This document shows, in pieces, positions 29,567 through 38,615 of a DNA stretch of 64,000 nt. Made by a program: the position numbers and the translations under genes. The notes beneath the pieces were generated by a model, which was not told the DNA's origin, made no database searches, and worked only from the letters and a program-made list of their open reading frames with translations. Within the stretch, counting starts at the first letter, position 1. The number at the start of each line of letters is the position of its first letter. Origin of the DNA: a virus; the IMG/VR virus record IMGVR_UViG_3300046170_000391; one strand, given 5' to 3'.

Positions 29567-30056
29567 CTTCTTTTGTCTCCATTTCTTCTACGACTGGAAT
29601 TCTATGTGGATTTGCTTTCCACTGATCAGAGGCTTTGTCACCGATCTCTCCTAAATAAGGACAAGGAGTTCCTGCCATTTCCATTGCGTCATATACTCTA
29701 CGATCTTGACATAGTACTGACACAGCAGCTACTTTCATGCCCATATCATAAAGAGTTTTTGAAATTTTGAGACGTTCACAGTTTTCATCTCTGACCATCT
29801 CACCAGTTGAGATACCCAATATTTGTGTTTGTACTGCCCCAGAAACTCCGACTGTACATAAATCAGATGATGAAGAACCAACACCTGGTGATATTGCAGA
29901 GGGAGGGGGTGATATTACGATTGTACGCGATTTAGCATCAGTGTCTACAGATGATTCAGAAGTTGAATCTGTAATAACTGTGCTAGTAGTTTGCGCAAAG
30001 GAGGCCCCACTAATTGATAGCAGGGCCATAGTTAAAATTATTTTTGTGAGTTTCAA
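29496..30056 (-). CDS. exported protein with C-terminal anchor
   Basis: Signal peptide, SPPPSAISP, DLC, NCERLK, GMKVAAVSVLC, GTPCP. Confidence 0.7.
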   Translation of the reverse strand: MKLTKIILTMALLSISGASFAQTTSTVITDSTSESSVDTDAKSRTIVISPPPSAISPGVGSSSSDLCTVGVSGAVQTQILGISTGEMVRDENCERLKISKTLYDMGMKVAAVSVLCQDRRVYDAMEMAGTPCPYLGEIGDKASDQWKANPHRIPVVEEMETKEDVQKRNAAIAGGGISLALLLLLL

Positions 30057-30090
30057 TTCACCATTCTCTAACTACTATGTAGTTTACTTT

Positions 30091-30255
30091 CTAGTTGTCG
30101 TTTTTGATCATATTCCATAAGCCCCAGGCTAGACCTGCCCAGACAACAATGTCTAATAAAGCCATACCGCCCCAGATAACTGCGACTGCAGCGGCTGCGA
30201 CGATTACACCGTTGTGAGTGGAACGTTCTTTGATTCTATCTGTAATCCAGCTCAT
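30091..30255 (-). CDS. 54-aa two-TM holin-like protein (not in ORF track)
   Basis: AGGAG SD; MSWITDRIKERST + two TM helices. Confidence 0.45.
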   Translation of the reverse strand: MSWITDRIKERSTHNGVIVAAAAVAVIWGGMALLDIVVWAGLAWGLWNMIKNDN

Positions 30256-30409
30256 CCACCACTCCTTTCTGTGTTGCTATTTTTTGCTCTTGTTATTCTT
30301 TCTTTTAGGCAAAGGAGATGCTAAAACTTTGCGTAGCATCTTTGACTGTTTTGCATGAGCTTTTGAGGCTCCAGCTAACAAGTCAGCAACTTTTTTAATA
30401 GTTTTATCG

Positions 30410-30712
30410 TTATGCACTTTTTCTCCTTTTTGCAGTAATCTTTTTCTGAGCGTTAATAAATTTTCTATAAACACCCGCTGCCGAGACCTTTCCCATCTCT
30501 CTTGCTCGTTGTTCCATAGCGATAGCCGCTTGTGTCTTATGAGCGTGAGACTTTCCTGATCTTTTAATTTTATTTACAGAGGTTTGCGCAGATTTAACTG
30601 TAGCAAAACCTAGTCCTTTTATAGTACCTTTTGGGTTTTCATCAGTGTACAAATCACTATGTTTAGTAGAATTGGCACGTTGTCCTTTTTTGCGAGGAAT
30701 ACGGGGAGCCAT
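30410..30712 (-). CDS. small basic protein
   Basis: HSDLYTDENPKGTIKGLGF, AMEQRA; K/R-rich. Confidence 0.7.
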   Translation of the reverse strand: MAPRIPRKKGQRANSTKHSDLYTDENPKGTIKGLGFATVKSAQTSVNKIKRSGKSHAHKTQAAIAMEQRAREMGKVSAAGVYRKFINAQKKITAKRRKSA

Positions 30713-30990
30713 TACTTTTTCTTTCTTCTTTTCATAGTACTTACCATAGTAGGTTTACCACCCGGATTACCTGCAGCACGTTTACGTTGTACTGCGCTAC
30801 GAATCTGTGCAGCAGTCATACTATTAGCTTTAGAGCGAGGTACACATTTCGGGTACTTACCTCCATCACCAGCAGATTTTCTACCACAAGGTTGCCATTT
30901 ACCGTTCTTTTTAGGCGCACCAATGTTTACCCAATCACCTTTTTTACCTTTGCCAAACCATGCAGTAAGGCCGCCTCTAGGTTTAGCCAT
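30712..30990 (-). CDS. small basic protein
   Basis: GGLTAWF..WVNI..PCGR..YPKCVP. Confidence 0.7.
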   Translation of the reverse strand: MAKPRGGLTAWFGKGKKGDWVNIGAPKKNGKWQPCGRKSAGDGGKYPKCVPRSKANSMTAAQIRSAVQRKRAAGNPGGKPTMVSTMKRRKKK

Positions 30991-31145
30991 TATCTATACC
31001 CACCACCACGTTGTTTGTAGGTTCTCACTAACCAACCATTAGCATACGCTGATGGATAAACATTAAATTTTCTTTTAGCTTCTGCCTTAACTCTTGCATA
31101 TAATTTTGGATTTGTAGGTTTTGCACCTTTTTTCTTAACTGCCAT
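30990..31145 (-). CDS. 51-aa basic protein (not in ORF track)
   Basis: PTNPKLYARVKAEAKRKFNVYPSAYANGWLVRTYKQRGGGY; TAATG coupling on both sides. Confidence 0.7.
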   Translation of the reverse strand: MAVKKKGAKPTNPKLYARVKAEAKRKFNVYPSAYANGWLVRTYKQRGGGYR

Positions 31146-31366
31146 TAATAGCTCCTTCTGACTCTACCTTTAAAGGGTGTTTTTTCTGCACACCAATCTT
31201 CGGGGTGCATATGACGTGGACGTTTACCTGCTGGTTTACTTACAATGCGCCCCATTGGGGTGTAAAAGGCACACCAATCTTGTTGTGGTCTACGTTTAAC
31301 AGAAGAGCTCATTGACTCCCACATTTTTGTTCCATTAGATGCTTTAGTCAATTTACGAACGGCCAT
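31145..31366 (-). CDS. small basic protein
   Basis: GGAG SD; first gene of the basic-protein operon. Confidence 0.6.
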   Translation of the reverse strand: MAVRKLTKASNGTKMWESMSSSVKRRPQQDWCAFYTPMGRIVSKPAGKRPRHMHPEDWCAEKTPFKGRVRRSY

Positions 31367-31441
31367 GATTACTCCAATAAAAAAGGGTATATTTGTATAC
31401 CCTCATTGTTGCACTTTAGTTTTAGTATGTCAAAAAGATAG

Positions 31442-32548
31442 TTATAAAATTTGCTTTAATTCTGGAATTGCTGCAATAAAATTACGATTCCATAGAGAAT
31501 CTAATTGAGTTGTGTAATTTAAAAATTGTTGTTTTTTTGGAATGAAAATTTCTTGCTTTAAACAATCTGCTATTGGGTTAAAAAAGTTTACACTATCGTA
31601 GTAATCTAAAACACGTTTTCTATCTACTTTTTCAAGAACATAAACACTTAAAAAATCAGGATCAACTAGAAAGTTATAGTTTATACTTATCCCATAGCTT
31701 TCTGCATATTCAAATATTTTAGGTAGATTAAATATATTATATATTTGAATTGTAGTTGAAAAGTAATTAACTAAATCAAGGCAAGTTTCTAGATTGTGCT
31801 GAAATTTTTTTGCTGAAAAACCAGTTCTAATATATTCTCCAACAGCCCCCACACCGTCAAAACTAGCATAAACATCTACATCTTTAAATCTTTTCAAGTG
31901 ATCTATATGATCAACTCCTTTATAAGAGAGTACAGAAAGATTTGTTGTCATAACTAGATAAATTGACTCATATAAATTATTCTGTTCAATCAAATTTAAG
32001 AGATAAAGATATTCATCACAAATAAACGGTTCTCCACCCATCACAGTAAGAGTAATTTTTTGTTTTTTAGCTTGAGATATGATCCAGTCAATTTTATCAA
32101 ATTGGGGGTTAGAATGAGTTGAAGCCATACCTCTTATAGAACAAGCTTTAGGATCGTTCGCCCAAGCAGAACTATCTTCTGGATTACACATCATACATTT
32201 AAAGTTACACTTGTTTGATAGTGATATAGAGATTCTATTTAAATTTTTAGAAAAATTTTTATCTAACTGTCTAACACTATTTATTTTTGCGTCTTCTGCT
32301 TTCCAGCAAGCTGAACAGGAAGTAGGTTTACCTCCAATTAAAAACTCTTTTCGCAACGACTTAAGCTCCTCTGACTGCAAGTAGGAGTCAAAGGAGCCAT
32401 CGTAGAAGTTATAATTAACACAGCAAGGTCCAATAGTATTAAAATGGCTATATACTTCATTCCAAGGCTTAAAACAAAAATATTTAGGTAAGTCTTTTGG
32501 TAGTAATTTTTTCGTCACTAAATGTCTCTTCTTGTTTGATAAAGTCAT
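31442..32548 (-). CDS. radical SAM protein with SPASM/twitch domain
   Basis: FCFKPW..GPCC, CSACW, CNFKCMMC, MGGEP. Confidence 0.88.
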   Translation of the reverse strand: MTLSNKKRHLVTKKLLPKDLPKYFCFKPWNEVYSHFNTIGPCCVNYNFYDGSFDSYLQSEELKSLRKEFLIGGKPTSCSACWKAEDAKINSVRQLDKNFSKNLNRISISLSNKCNFKCMMCNPEDSSAWANDPKACSIRGMASTHSNPQFDKIDWIISQAKKQKITLTVMGGEPFICDEYLYLLNLIEQNNLYESIYLVMTTNLSVLSYKGVDHIDHLKRFKDVDVYASFDGVGAVGEYIRTGFSAKKFQHNLETCLDLVNYFSTTIQIYNIFNLPKIFEYAESYGISINYNFLVDPDFLSVYVLEKVDRKRVLDYYDSVNFFNPIADCLKQEIFIPKKQQFLNYTTQLDSLWNRNFIAAIPELKQIL

Positions 32549-33560
32549 AAAAACTTTGAACAGCTAGTTCTTTATGTTTGGCTTCAATATCAAAATCTGC
32601 ATATTCAAGCATCGGTACATGATTTGCCATTAGATGCTCATCCCAGTAAGTTTCTGAATGAGCATTAGGTTTCATCCAGTAATCTCGATTATCGGGGTGG
32701 AAGGATTGTGACTTGTGGAACAACGGGCGTACGCCTCTCCATGACTTGACAGCTTCCACGAAGTAGTCACTTGTGTGCGTGATATGATCCACGTCTCGAA
32801 TTTTCCGATTGACCGTTTTCTCGCCAATTTTAACTCTCTCAGTCTCAACCATTCGATGGCAGGCATAGTGGTGTGTGTCGAGGGTGCAGCGGATAGGGAT
32901 CCGTTGGGCAAGTTCAAGTGTGTGGTGGATGTCATATCCATTGGGTTTATCTTCATTTTCGACGGAGAGGCAACCCTGGGCGTAGTCTGAAAGGTAGGGG
33001 AAGTGTGTGGCAAAGCGTTTAATACCATCTTCGTGTTTTCCTCCATATAGTCCTTGTAAGTGGATGTTCATTGAAAATTCTTCAGCAGGTAAGCTCATCA
33101 ATGAACCGTATAGAGCGTGATACTCTAAGTCTTCAATAGATTTAGTTACTACGTCTGGTTTATTAGAAGCGAGAACTGTATACTGACCAGGATGCACAGA
33201 AAGACGAACAGAGTGTCGTTTTGCGGCCTCACCAGCTTGAGCCAGTATAGTTTCAATCTCCTCCCAAATTTCTTTATACCAGTCTTGAGTAAATTCAAGA
33301 GTGTAGCAAGGGAACATCTCAGAAGAGATCCGAAAGCTTCTAAGATTAAAAGGTTGAGTTGGGAAATAAGTAGTAAGAGCGTCGAGAAGTTTTTTACAGT
33401 TCTCAATAGCTTTTGTTTGAACTTTTTCTTTTCCGCCCTCTTTAAGAGCATAGGTCTTGGTAGTGGTTCCAAAGTTATACCTTTTAGCAAGTGTTTTATC
33501 ATGCCATTGGCAGCATTGCGAAATGCGCCAATCAGTTTGTTTTTGATTGAAATATTCCAT
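32484..33560 (-). CDS. uvsE: UV damage endonuclease
   Basis: FRISSEMFP, RLSVHPGQYTVLAS, VENED, LDTHH, AHS, IEAKHKE. Confidence 0.9.
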   Translation of the reverse strand: MEYFNQKQTDWRISQCCQWHDKTLAKRYNFGTTTKTYALKEGGKEKVQTKAIENCKKLLDALTTYFPTQPFNLRSFRISSEMFPCYTLEFTQDWYKEIWEEIETILAQAGEAAKRHSVRLSVHPGQYTVLASNKPDVVTKSIEDLEYHALYGSLMSLPAEEFSMNIHLQGLYGGKHEDGIKRFATHFPYLSDYAQGCLSVENEDKPNGYDIHHTLELAQRIPIRCTLDTHHYACHRMVETERVKIGEKTVNRKIRDVDHITHTSDYFVEAVKSWRGVRPLFHKSQSFHPDNRDYWMKPNAHSETYWDEHLMANHVPMLEYADFDIEAKHKELAVQSFYDFIKQEETFSDEKITTKRLT

Positions 33561-33619
33561 AGAATCTCCGTTGATTTTCTATAGTATATATAAAGTAGTA
33601 AGGACTTTGCAAAGACTTA

Positions 33620-33967
33620 TTAGAGTCTTAACCTACCATAAGGTTTAATCACGCCATTATAAAATTCCTTACTGGAAAGTTTAGATAGGTTAAGCAACTC
33701 ATCGTAATCTTTAATGTGGTAAGAATTTTTAAGGTGCCGGGCAGTAAAAACGATTGTTTTAAGGGTACTAATTTTAAGTAGAATTGCAACCCTTACTCTA
33801 GTAGTTCCTAATAGACATCTACCTGTTTCATCAACAATAATTGGTTTTTCAATACCAATTTCTTTAATATTTTTATATATCTGCATTGTATAGTCATTAT
33901 TGATTGAAGTTTTCAAAATATCTATTTTAATACTTGTAGTAGGTAAATATGCTAAATAAACATACAC
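33620..33967 (-). CDS. ParB/Srx-like domain protein
   Basis: NIKEIGIEKPIIVD...LLGTTRV. Confidence 0.5.
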   Translation of the reverse strand: MYVYLAYLPTTSIKIDILKTSINNDYTMQIYKNIKEIGIEKPIIVDETGRCLLGTTRVRVAILLKISTLKTIVFTARHLKNSYHIKDYDELLNLSKLSSKEFYNGVIKPYGRLRL

Positions 33968-33970
33968 AAG

Positions 33971-34297
33971 TTACTTACTTTTACCAAGGTTTTGAGTACC
34001 AAAAAAAGCAGCAACAATAGCTGCAACTGATACAAAATATACAGAGGCCATGTCTCCAAGGATTTTACTTGCTTGATCTAACCCAATAAGAACTGCCAGC
34101 ACAACAGCAAAAGGATATAGTAACATACCAAACAGGGCAAACCATGCCATTTTACGTTGTGCATCTCTCATTGCGTCTGCATCTTCTAGAGCTTTACGTT
34201 TAAATTCTAAATCCATCTCTAACTCTTCTTTAGATAAATGTCCGTCACCGTTAACATCTTTAGCGGCTACTTCTGGATCAACCGTTTTCGTTTCCAT
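33971..34297 (-). CDS. two-TM membrane protein with EF-hand-like loop (holin-like)
   Basis: DVNGDGHLSKEE; two TM helices. Confidence 0.55.
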   Translation of the reverse strand: METKTVDPEVAAKDVNGDGHLSKEELEMDLEFKRKALEDADAMRDAQRKMAWFALFGMLLYPFAVVLAVLIGLDQASKILGDMASVYFVSVAAIVAAFFGTQNLGKSK

Positions 34298-35078
34298 TAA
34301 TCATCTCCCAGGGAATATAATTCATAATATCCTCTTGATAAAAATACGCACCTAATACAGCAGCTACAAGCACTAGTATCCAAAGTGGTTTTTTAGAGGT
34401 TTGCGCTGAGATAGACTGAGCTACTTCATCTGCAAATTTTTCTGCTTCACGCTCTGCATGCATACGTTCCCAAAGCATTTTTTGATTTTCTATCCTACGT
34501 AGAGAAGCTCCTTTTACTTTAAGTAGTGTTTCAGCTTCTTCCCAAGTAAGAAGTATTTTAATATCTTTGTCCATTTTATCGTCCTTTAAAAGTCGATTTC
34601 TCGACCGTCTTTTTCCCAAGTGTTAAATCTAGTCCTGATAGTTGCCACTTGAGTTTCTGTTAGTTGTTGTTTGTTCGAGTATTCGGATACGAGCTTCGAT
34701 ACTGTCGAGTCGTTTGGCGAGTTCGGGGAATTTAGCCATTCGCTTTCGTTCATCTGTGAGCATTTTGATTCCGTATCTTTTTGAAGCCCAAGTGTAGAGC
34801 GAATCCAATTTAGCATATGTCCATACTCCTAATTTTGTATCTCTAAACCACGATTCTGTAGCGGAACCTACAATAGAACCTGCTATAGATTTTAATAAGA
34901 AAAACCACATTAATCTTTTACCGCCATATGACAATTATGTGTTGGCGTTGTCATCATTTGTTTAGTCCAGTCAAGTTCTTGAATTAATCTATTATACCAA
35001 GCTTGATCCATTGGGTCATGAGCTTTTGCCATATCTTCTTTTAATTGCCCAATTCTTACGTTAATATATTTTTCTGCC

Positions 35079-35540
35079 TTACTCATCGCACCAACCCTTT
35101 TTAGCCCCACCGTCATAAGGACGAGCTAAACCTTTATCAATTAAAATGTCAGAATAAAGAAGACCGTCTAGATACACATTTGAAAGTATACGTCCTCCAT
35201 ATTTATCCCATTTGAGATCTTTAAACTCAATAGTTTTCGCAGCGCGAAATAACTCGTTAGCAGTTTGTCTACCAATAAGTGCTAATTCTTTTTCTTTTTC
35301 ACATTTACCTTTTATTTCAGGAGTATCGATACCAAGTACCCTCACACTCATTTTACTTAACTTACCTGGAAGAACTGGGGCTGAAACGTAACAAGTATCA
35401 CCATCATAGCAAACATTACCTCTAAACTCTCTCATCTGCAAAAAATCAGAAGCAAAGGCTAAGTTTGCAAATAAGATTACGAATATAGCTAAAGAAAATC
35501 CAGCTAATAGTTCCAATCCAAATTTATCAATTTTCTTCAT
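35079..35540 (-). CDS. thermonuclease (SNase-like)
   Basis: YDGDT, VRVLGIDTPE, DKYGGRIL. Confidence 0.9.
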   Translation of the reverse strand: MKKIDKFGLELLAGFSLAIFVILFANLAFASDFLQMREFRGNVCYDGDTCYVSAPVLPGKLSKMSVRVLGIDTPEIKGKCEKEKELALIGRQTANELFRAAKTIEFKDLKWDKYGGRILSNVYLDGLLYSDILIDKGLARPYDGGAKKGWCDE

Positions 35541-35965
35541 AATATTACTCCTAAAATTAAATTAGCAATAATAAGCACACCTAAAATCTCTAACATTAGT
35601 TATATCTCCTTATTCATCATGTATTCTATAATACCAGTCTATCATATAGCAAATAAAAATAATTACAATCACAAGGAAAATATAGAATAAAATCTGAAGC
35701 ATTTATTTTCCGTTGTGGTGAAACCACTGATTATAAGGAGTTGGAGTTTTTTTAAAATATCGCTTATTTAATTTTTCTCTAACAGAAGGAGGACAACTAC
35801 TACCATACGGTATATGCATTACAGTCGGGTACCAACTCTTATGATAGTTAATTTTTGGATCCATTCGATATGAGCAAACTGTAACTAAACAACCTTTACA
35901 AATACTCCAAGAGTGTGCTGCTGAAACAGAGCTGAGAAGTACAGTTATATAGACGTACTCGACCA

Positions 35966-36487
35966 TTAAATGACAACCGTAAAGAGAAATATAAACAAAC
36001 CAATAGCAGCACCAACAGCACCTAAAAGTATGGCTCCATTTTTTATATTATCCATAAATTCTTTTTCTTTACGAGCCTTTTCACGTTTGATTTCTGCCAA
36101 ACGTTCCCGCTCCTCTTGTATTCTTTTTGCTCTTAGATCAACTATTTCCTGCCAAGTATTCGGACCAAAACGCAAGTTAATCATGTTTTTCATCTCTTGC
36201 ATAGATTCTGCCGCAACTTTAGCATCTATAACTTCTTGTGCAACAGTCTTTATACCTAATTGATACCCTACTCCCATACCCGCTTTTTTACTACGTTTAT
36301 GCTCAATCTCTTCTTGACCACGAAATAAGTCATCAACAGCGCCTGCAATCTCGCCTATGTCTTTAGCCGTATCAATATTTGATTTTATAAATTCCACACT
36401 TGCTTTTACAAGTGCAATTCCAGCCATTGCCTCCGCAAACATATCTTTCTCCCACGATTTATAAACCGTAAAACGTAATTCCCTCAA
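35966..36487 (-). CDS. coiled-coil protein with C-terminal TM (true start probably MFAEAM)
   Basis: GIALVKASVEFIKSNIDTAKDI ... RFGPNTW. Confidence 0.6.
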   Translation of the reverse strand: MRELRFTVYKSWEKDMFAEAMAGIALVKASVEFIKSNIDTAKDIGEIAGAVDDLFRGQEEIEHKRSKKAGMGVGYQLGIKTVAQEVIDAKVAAESMQEMKNMINLRFGPNTWQEIVDLRAKRIQEERERLAEIKREKARKEKEFMDNIKNGAILLGAVGAAIGLFIFLFTVVI

Positions 36488-36524
36488 CTAAATTATAGCT
36501 AAAACAGAAAAGTAGTCCAATAGA

Positions 36525-36556
36525 AAAACCACACCTCAAAACAGAAGTGTGGTTTT
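36525..36556 (-). terminator. intrinsic terminator hairpin
   Basis: AAAACCACAC/GTGTGGTTTT inverted repeat after transporter gene. Confidence 0.65.
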
Positions 36557-36574
36557 AAAAAAGTTTTAATATTT

Positions 36575-37534
36575 TTAAAGTCCGTTAGGTACGATTACAT
36601 AATGAATAGATAAGACTACTCCAACAGAAGCAGCAAGTCCGACCATCATTTTAAGAAAGTCTTTTCCTATTAGTGGAAATACAACTTTGAACTTTTCCTT
36701 GCCTGTCATAGTTGCCATAGCAAGTTCACGTCCACATAGTAACCCTACAAATACCCAGGTGGTTGACATGGGTATATCATTTAGCTCTTTAAAAAAGAAT
36801 AAGATAACCCAATATACGGCATCAATAATTGTAGCGGAGCGAACATAACGAGTATTATGCTTCTCTAAAACAATATTTTGAATTTTACCTCCACCTTCTC
36901 TAAACATGAACCAAAGTCCACCTACAAAGATAATAGAAATTGCAAACATCATATCCGCAGGAATTTGTCTTGGTAAAAAGACTGCAATATTTGCGATATC
37001 ATGGGATAACCAAGTCCACCAAAGAAAACCTGTTGTTACCCATTGTCCGATTCTCCACCAACGCTTATGTTCTTCTTTAACTGGTTTAGATTCGTCTAAA
37101 ATTTTAGTTACACCAATCCATATAGCATAGGCAGCAACAGCAGCTACAGCATATCCCATCATGGATTTCATTAACATTTTTTCTAGTACAAAAGTAGAAG
37201 CAAAGGCTGAAAGTACTAAAAAAGATGTGCTAACAGGCACACCGATCCGCGTTAGTAGAAGTAGAAGTCCAGGGGCTAACGCGTGATACCACTGAATTTC
37301 TTGGAAGGGGATTTTATTCAGTCTTCCATAGGAGATGTCTCCTCCATATGTAAACCACCCGTACCATAATGCCCATAACAAAACAGACGAAGCAGCAAGC
37401 CACATCGTCCTCCAATGAAATCGTTCGTTGTTAGAAGCAATCCAAGTACCAAGAGTTTGTACTGAGTCATTTGCTATTACTGAATACGCAGCAAATAAAA
37501 AACCAACACCCATCCAAAGAGTTAAAAGTTCCAT
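36575..37534 (-). CDS. PiT-like inorganic phosphate permease
   Basis: Multi-TM; ANDS and HDIAN signature-like motifs, duplicated PVSTS/PMSTT; Pho box upstream. Confidence 0.65.
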   Translation of the reverse strand: MELLTLWMGVGFLFAAYSVIANDSVQTLGTWIASNNERFHWRTMWLAASSVLLWALWYGWFTYGGDISYGRLNKIPFQEIQWYHALAPGLLLLLTRIGVPVSTSFLVLSAFASTFVLEKMLMKSMMGYAVAAVAAYAIWIGVTKILDESKPVKEEHKRWWRIGQWVTTGFLWWTWLSHDIANIAVFLPRQIPADMMFAISIIFVGGLWFMFREGGGKIQNIVLEKHNTRYVRSATIIDAVYWVILFFFKELNDIPMSTTWVFVGLLCGRELAMATMTGKEKFKVVFPLIGKDFLKMMVGLAASVGVVLSIHYVIVPNGL

Positions 37535-37555
37535 TTTAATTTCTCCTTAGAAAAG

Positions 37556-37581
37556 TAATAAGAGGCTATAGCCTCTTATTA
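37556..37581. terminator. 26-bp perfect palindrome (terminator or 5' stabilising hairpin)
   Basis: TAATAAGAGGCTATAGCCTCTTATTA. Confidence 0.6.
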
Positions 37582-37583
37582 TT

Positions 37584-37617
37584 AGTATATTATAAAATTG
37601 TTACAGTTTTGTGAAAT
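37584..37617 (-). promoter_or_regulatory. Pho box promoter
   Basis: ATTTCACAAAACTGTAAC (consensus CTGTCAY-AWAW-CTGTMAY) exactly 10 nt before -10 TATACT. Confidence 0.7.
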
Positions 37618-37632
37618 TTTAAAAATTTAAAT

Positions 37633-37717
37633 TGGCTGTGGAGGATGGAGTCGAACCATCACGCCTTTCGGCACACGAGAAACAGTCGTGCGTGTCTACC
37701 AGTTTCACCACCCCACA
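37633..37717 (-). tRNA. atypical type II tRNA, anticodon GTT (Asn) on a Leu-like body
   Basis: TGTGGGG TG GTGAAACTGGTAGACAC G CACGA CTGTTTC TCGTG T GCCGAAAGGC GT GATGG TTCGACT CCATC CTCCACA G CCA. Confidence 0.88.
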
Positions 37718-37722
37718 ATAAA

Positions 37723-38553
37723 TTATGCTGCGAGCTGAAGCTGGGTATCAAGAGCCGCAATCATGCGAGTCATACCAATACCTCCGCCCACACGTGGGAA
37801 GAAGTCAAACTTTAAAAACTCTTCAAGTTCTGCCTCTACGCGTTCTTTACCAAACAGTTCAAACAGTAGGTTAGCGTAGGCTCCATCAGTAATTGTGTGG
37901 AAAGTGTTGCGCATCATATCAATATCGCATGAGCGTTCTGCTGAACCGATAGTTTCCATACCCCCAAGAATAACATCAATCTTTTTAGAGGTTAGTCCGT
38001 TTTCATAGCGGCTCATGTTCCAAAATGGTGAAGTAAACTCAGGGAAGTCCGTAATCATAGTAGTACTAAAATCATTAAACATTGCGATTTCATGCTCTGC
38101 CTCAAGTTCTCCGTCAACCTTATAATGCTTTTGCCATGCTTCGTAGGTCTTCTCAATCGGGCGATCAAAACCCAGATAATCTACAAGTTCATATTCCATC
38201 TTTTTAAGGTCTACAATATCACCTGGCATTTCAAATTCAAACATAGGGAAGATGATATCATGCCTACCAGGGATAGCATTAGGTTCTTGTCTGTACGAAG
38301 TTGAGACACAAAAAAAGCCCTTTTCATTGGGCTGAGAGAGTAACTCATGTTCTAACCACATCTGACCGGTTTGTGGAAGAGGCCAAACTTGACCAGCATA
38401 GTTATATGTAGCAACGTTGAAAGGATCTTCGCAAGCTGCAAGGATAGAAAGACGGTTCTGTGTGTGAACTTCTTTAAAACCTTTATCTAAAAAAAATGAC
38501 CTTAAAAGGCCAACGGTGTGAGTAAATTTTGTAGGGGAAATTAGTTGAGTCAT
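37723..38553 (-). CDS. class IIb aaRS catalytic-core-only protein (AsnRS/AspRS-like; AS-AR/EpmA-type architecture)
   Basis: Motif 1 RSFFLDKGFKEVHT, motif 2 YRQE...RH..FPMFEFE, motif 3 GGGIGMTR; no N-terminal OB fold; start revised to MTQLISP (AAGG SD). Confidence 0.85.
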   Translation of the reverse strand: MTQLISPTKFTHTVGLLRSFFLDKGFKEVHTQNRLSILAACEDPFNVATYNYAGQVWPLPQTGQMWLEHELLSQPNEKGFFCVSTSYRQEPNAIPGRHDIIFPMFEFEMPGDIVDLKKMEYELVDYLGFDRPIEKTYEAWQKHYKVDGELEAEHEIAMFNDFSTTMITDFPEFTSPFWNMSRYENGLTSKKIDVILGGMETIGSAERSCDIDMMRNTFHTITDGAYANLLFELFGKERVEAELEEFLKFDFFPRVGGGIGMTRMIAALDTQLQLAA

Positions 38554-38615
38554 TATTATACCTTTCTTGTATATAAAAAGACGCGCAGATTTAAAACCTG
38601 CGCTCAAATTAACCA

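Noticed and set aside
37633-37717. Calling this an ordinary tRNA-Leu or ordinary tRNA-Asn
   Set aside because: Anticodon GUU and G73 contradict Leu; the long variable arm, Leu-type D-loop and U37 contradict canonical Asn.
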